From positions 356,190,001-356,254,000 of the forward strand of contig OZ024741.1 in the NCBI GenBank assembly GCA_964016885.1: a stretch of DNA of 64,000 nucleotides, given 5' to 3'. The notes beneath the pieces are model-generated. The model was not told the DNA's origin, made no database searches, and saw only the letters and a list, made by a program, of their open reading frames with translations. Source of the DNA: Eledone cirrhosa (lineage: Eukaryota). Numbering within the stretch: the stretch's first letter is position 1; each line of letters opens with the position of its first letter. This document shows positions 62,595 to 64,000 of the stretch, one piece after another. The position numbers were made by a program, and so were the translations under genes.

Positions 62595-62787
62595 ATCGGA
62601 GAAAGCTTTTTAGCGATACTCCGGCCAAATTCCAACTCACTCAACAAACATTAGGAAATAAGTGATTATATTCCCAATTATACGTTCGGGGTGCTAACTA
62701 AAAGTATTGCGTGGAAAATATCTATATATCTATATATATACATAAATATATATATATATATATACACATATATATATATATATAAAT

Positions 62788-62866
<79 letters not shown>

Positions 62867-62872
62867 TATATG

Positions 62873-63217
<345 letters not shown>

Positions 63218-63257
63218 GTATATATATATGTATATGTATATATATGTATATATATAC

Positions 63258-63320
<63 letters not shown>

Positions 63321-63323
<3 letters not shown>

Positions 63324-64000
63324 TAATATAAGATCAAAAGATGGTTAAAGGAGTTCCATGTATTTTATTATGCGCATTTCAAAAACAAACATCATCATGC
63401 AATAATATTTGTGTTTTCATCAGATAAAACAGGAGAACATGATATGAAGGCTAAAAAACACTTGTGGATAGTGCTGTTTTAAATCAACATATGAAAAGTG
63501 GTTTTAGATTGATGTGTGATATTGGGAAAAATATTTTATTTAGAGAGGGGGGTGGAAAGGATGAAAAAGGGGAGGAGATGAGAGGGAGAGATGGGTGATA
63601 GAGAGAAAGAGATAGTTTTTATAACTGAGAGGAGATATATTGTTTTACATAGAGAGGTTGAAAACCGTTGGAAGATAATGTATAAATTAAAAGAATTTGA
63701 AAATTAACGAAGAAAAAATATTTTATTTAGGGAGGGGGGGTGGAAAGGATGAAAAAAGGGGGAGGAGATGAGAGTGAAGGTGGAGAGGGAGAGATGGGTG
63801 ATAGAGAGAAAGAGATAGTTTTTATAACTGAGAAAAAGATATATTGTTTTATATAGAGAGGTTGAGAACCGTTGGAAGATAATGTATAAATTAAAGGAAT
63901 TTGAAAATTAACGAAGGGAATTTATGTATGAAGATAGAGAGAAAAAAATAATAATTGTGGATGAATATTCTAACGTCAAAAAAAGTGTATGTTGATAAGT
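63321..64000 (-). mobile_element. Naiad-like PLE 3' UTR/pLTR, second locus, cut by the window end
   Basis: Diverged match to 47933-48620, starting at a (TA)n junction. Confidence 0.9.

Overview
Eukaryotic, repeat-dominated DNA. The SINE/LINE repertoire and huge (TA)n tracts suggest a cephalopod (Octopus-like) genome; this is an inference. The only host gene I can support is absent from the ORF track: the first two coding exons of an SLC22-like organic cation/anion transporter (15073-15211 and 25116-25324, + strand). The rest is mobile DNA: a near-intact Tx1/L1-clade LINE, a near-intact CR1-group LINE with truncated sister copies, a second CR1-group family, RTE fragments, an intact Naiad-like Penelope element with direct and inverted pseudo-LTRs, other Penelope relics carrying hammerhead ribozyme motifs, tRNA-derived SINEs, microsatellites and a 7.8-kb array of 83-bp units. 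Most notable: (i) the Tx1 element has splice signals that could either fuse ORF1 to ORF2 in frame or generate a separate ORF2 mRNA, and the donor is conserved in a diverged relic; (ii) the CR1-group ORF2 has no AUG before its endonuclease but is reachable through an HIV-type U_UUU_UUA -1 slippery site; (iii) the 83-bp satellite is an amplified copy of the SLC22 intron-1 3' splice site with the AG changed to TG in nearly every unit; (iv) several hammerhead motifs, including a head-to-head pair. The long IYIY/CVCV/HTHT ORFs in the track are microsatellite artefacts.
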